Source: Sphingobacteriales bacterium
Lineage (GTDB): Bacteria; Bacteroidota; Bacteroidia; Chitinophagales; Chitinophagaceae
Length of the DNA stretch: 64,000 nt
Direction: 5' to 3'
NCBI GenBank assembly: GCA_046317915.1
Contig: JBKCVJ010000046.1
Location: 23,352 to 87,351, forward strand
Shown here: positions 61,796 to 64,000 of the stretch, in pieces
Layout of the letters: each line of letters opens with the position of its first letter
Numbering within the stretch: the stretch's first letter is position 1
Translations under genes and position numbers: made by a program
Notes under the pieces: model-generated
Databases searched by the model: none
What the model saw: the letters and a program-made list of their open reading frames with translations, nothing else
Told to the model about the DNA's origin: nothing

Positions 61796-64000
61796 TTAAA
61801 ATCCGATGCGGAAACTGCCAAATACGCCAAAACGTTGATAATTGTTTTCGGGTAGGGGTTGGGGTAAGACCCTCCATACCAGGTCTAGACGGAAGAACTT
61901 GAGGATGTTATCAATACCGGTACCCAGTTCAACGTACATTTTGCCATCCAGACTGGTGAATGGATGCCCGTTCACAAAATTAAGGGACTTATTTTCAGGA
62001 GTGAGTGTTCCTGTTAGCATTTTAACATTCCAGAACTGCCTGAATTTTAGCACACGCAGTACAGGCAGTTTGAAAATACCGTTGCCAATATTGTGTTCAA
62101 AGATCAATCCTGCATATTGATCATTGATGTATTCATACCTGTTCATCAGGTTGAATGCATATTTATTGTAGTAGTAGATCTCATTTCCCGGCGCGATATT
62201 CAGGAACATATAAGGTGCTGTGCCAAATGTTTTTCCGGCAAATACACTCCAGTAGATGGAACCAAATGGGGCAATAGAACCCCAGTCTGATACATTTATG
62301 CCGATCTTGGTGTAATCGTATGCGCTTCCCAATATACCGGGAATGGCTTTGGTGAACCTGAACTCTGCAATAGGATAATCACTGCCAAGGGTTGTACGGT
62401 TGAAACTGGTTTCAAGATACCTCTCCAAATAGGCAAACCGAATTCTCGCTGTTGCTTCAAAGGTGTTGAATAACTCTCCGTCTTTCGGAGTTGAAAATTG
62501 ATCCTTGGTGGGAAGATTCAGTAAAGGGGTATACTCCTGACGCCCGAGGGTTGTGCGCACAGAAATACCACTCTTCCACTCTTTCAGGTATTCAATCTCC
62601 AGCTCTTTGATCCGGATCAGTTTCACCGGAACCTGGCTTTTCCTTACAGCCAGTGCAAAGATGTTATCATAGCCTACCTCGTCATAGTAAGTCTGCCCAA
62701 AGTCAACATCATCTTTAAACTTAATGTGGACGAATGATCTTGGGTTACGGGAGAACATATACTTTGCTTCTAGCATACCTTTGATCCCCTTATCCTGGAA
62801 GCCGTACGCGAGGTATCCGTGGAGATACAGTTTCCTGCTGAATTTCGTATTGGTGCCAAGGTCAAAACGGGTGCGGTAACCTTCATATTGGTTGTAGCTG
62901 ATCCAGTTGAACCAGGGACCGATTTCAAAGTTGCCAATGTTCTTATATCCGACGCCCAGAAAATACAATCGGTCTTTCCATCGTTGAAAACTTTTCATCT
63001 TCAACAAGGTGTCTACAGTAGCATAAATGGCTTGTTCATTCTTGTTCAATTCCTCATGCCTGTTCTGAAGCCAGAACTCATCCGTTTTATCAGAGGCGCC
63101 AGCCATCATCACCACGGCTTCTTTCAATTGCTCGCCTTCAAGGTAACGCAATACGGAATCGTCATTTACCCTCACGTCCTGGTAGGTTGTTGTTTTCCTT
63201 CCGATGAAATTGATACTCTTCTTCCCGATCAGGGAGAAATCCGCAATGAATTTATCTTTCGAAAGAAACCAAATAGAGTCGTCCACGAGTTGAAATTCTT
63301 GCACCAACGATAGCTTCTCAATAAAGTTCACATTGGCTGTAGGGGATAGCATCAGGTTCATTTTCTGTACGGCGAAACTGCTGTCTGCGATCCAGGCATC
63401 TCCCTGAAAGGTATTTTCTCCTTTTCGTTTAGGGTAGAAAACAAAATGGAAGTAACGCTTGCCTGCTACAAATTGTGTATCGGGAACTTTATAGGTATAG
63501 TAGTTATCTCCATTATCACTTATCGGGCTGATGAAGTCGAGGTCAAAAATGGGAATGAAATTATTGTACACGTTGATGTTCTGGTACATCCCACCCAGGA
63601 ATTTCGAGAAACTTTCATTCTTGATACCGATGGTTTTATTTCCCTTGATGACCTCTTTTGTTTTCCGGGGATCTGATTTGAAGTAATAATCGGAAAGTGT
63701 TTCCGTCAGGTAAATCGGCAGAATGGGATTTTCTTCGGAAGTTGTGTCGATGTTTTCAAGAATAAACTTAAATGGCTTTGGTGGAAGGAAACCCTTTTGC
63801 AATTTATCCTTGTTGACTTTATTGATATCGATCTCCAGTTTGTTGTATAGTTCGTAGGAGAAATTATCAAACCGGGTTCTGTTGTTGGTGGGTTTGTTGC
63901 GAACGATCTTTCGCCAGAGCAATAGTCCGCGGTTGATCTTCGCCTTTACCACTACTTCGCCCACAGGTTTACCTCTTTCCATTGCTACCACCAGTTGTAC
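61796..64000 (-). CDS. DUF5686-family outer membrane protein, partial (N-terminus beyond window end)
   Basis: YELYNKLEIDIN, PIYLTETLSDYY, FISPISD, C-terminal GIDNILKFFRLDLVWR...FGSFRIGF. Confidence 0.82.
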   Translation of the reverse strand, partial: VQLVVAMERGKPVGEVVVKAKINRGLLLWRKIVRNKPTNNRTRFDNFSYELYNKLEIDINKVNKDKLQKGFLPPKPFKFILENIDTTSEENPILPIYLTETLSDYYFKSDPRKTKEVIKGNKTIGIKNESFSKFLGGMYQNINVYNNFIPIFDLDFISPISDNGDNYYTYKVPDTQFVAGKRYFHFVFYPKRKGENTFQGDAWIADSSFAVQKMNLMLSPTANVNFIEKLSLVQEFQLVDDSIWFLSKDKFIADFSLIGKKSINFIGRKTTTYQDVRVNDDSVLRYLEGEQLKEAVVMMAGASDKTDEFWLQNRHEELNKNEQAIYATVDTLLKMKSFQRWKDRLYFLGVGYKNIGNFEIGPWFNWISYNQYEGYRTRFDLGTNTKFSRKLYLHGYLAYGFQDKGIKGMLEAKYMFSRNPRSFVHIKFKDDVDFGQTYYDEVGYDNIFALAVRKSQVPVKLIRIKELEIEYLKEWKSGISVRTTLGRQEYTPLLNLPTKDQFSTPKDGELFNTFEATARIRFAYLERYLETSFNRTTLGSDYPIAEFRFTKAIPGILGSAYDYTKIGINVSDWGSIAPFGSIYWSVFAGKTFGTAPYMFLNIAPGNEIYYYNKYAFNLMNRYEYINDQYAGLIFEHNIGNGIFKLPVLRVLKFRQFWNVKMLTGTLTPENKSLNFVNGHPFTSLDGKMYVELGTGIDNILKFFRLDLVWRVLPQPLPENNYQRFGVFGSFRIGF

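Overview
64 kb of core chromosome from a Bacteroidota bacterium, most likely Chitinophagaceae (inferred from the gld/T9SS genes, TAnnTTTG -7 promoter boxes and gene content). Coding content: crtZ-crtY; an epimerase-ArnT-like-GT2-flippase-like envelope glycosylation operon; DUF2975/YozG-like regulator with ankyrin and acyltransferase genes beside tRNA-Arg(CCG); cobalamin riboswitch-btuB; APC permease plus trans-sulfuration enzyme; TolC-MFP; gpsA; hemW; TamA-like; DUF4271-hemD; YyaL-like; gldKLMN; a four-helix-bundle gene; uvrC; an ECF sigma with a putative dual-membrane-spanning anti-sigma; gpmI-hypothetical-TBDR-PepSY; nadC, SUI1, icd, apaG, desaturase, gldB, nadE; moxR-DUF58-batA; rsgA; gamma-CA; class III aminotransferase; PliI-like lipoprotein; AraC; GH78; a collapsed M48 protease pseudogene; partial DUF5686. 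No CRISPR, integrase or transposase was seen. The most unusual structure not explained by the genes is a pervasive set of 7-bp and 8-bp tandem micro-arrays (six or more unrelated unit sequences). They sit at stop codons or as inverted pairs. Two share an identical 45-bp-arm architecture, and one inverted pair brackets the four-helix-bundle gene next to a perfect 37-bp palindrome. All calls come from reading motifs by eye; no database search was run.
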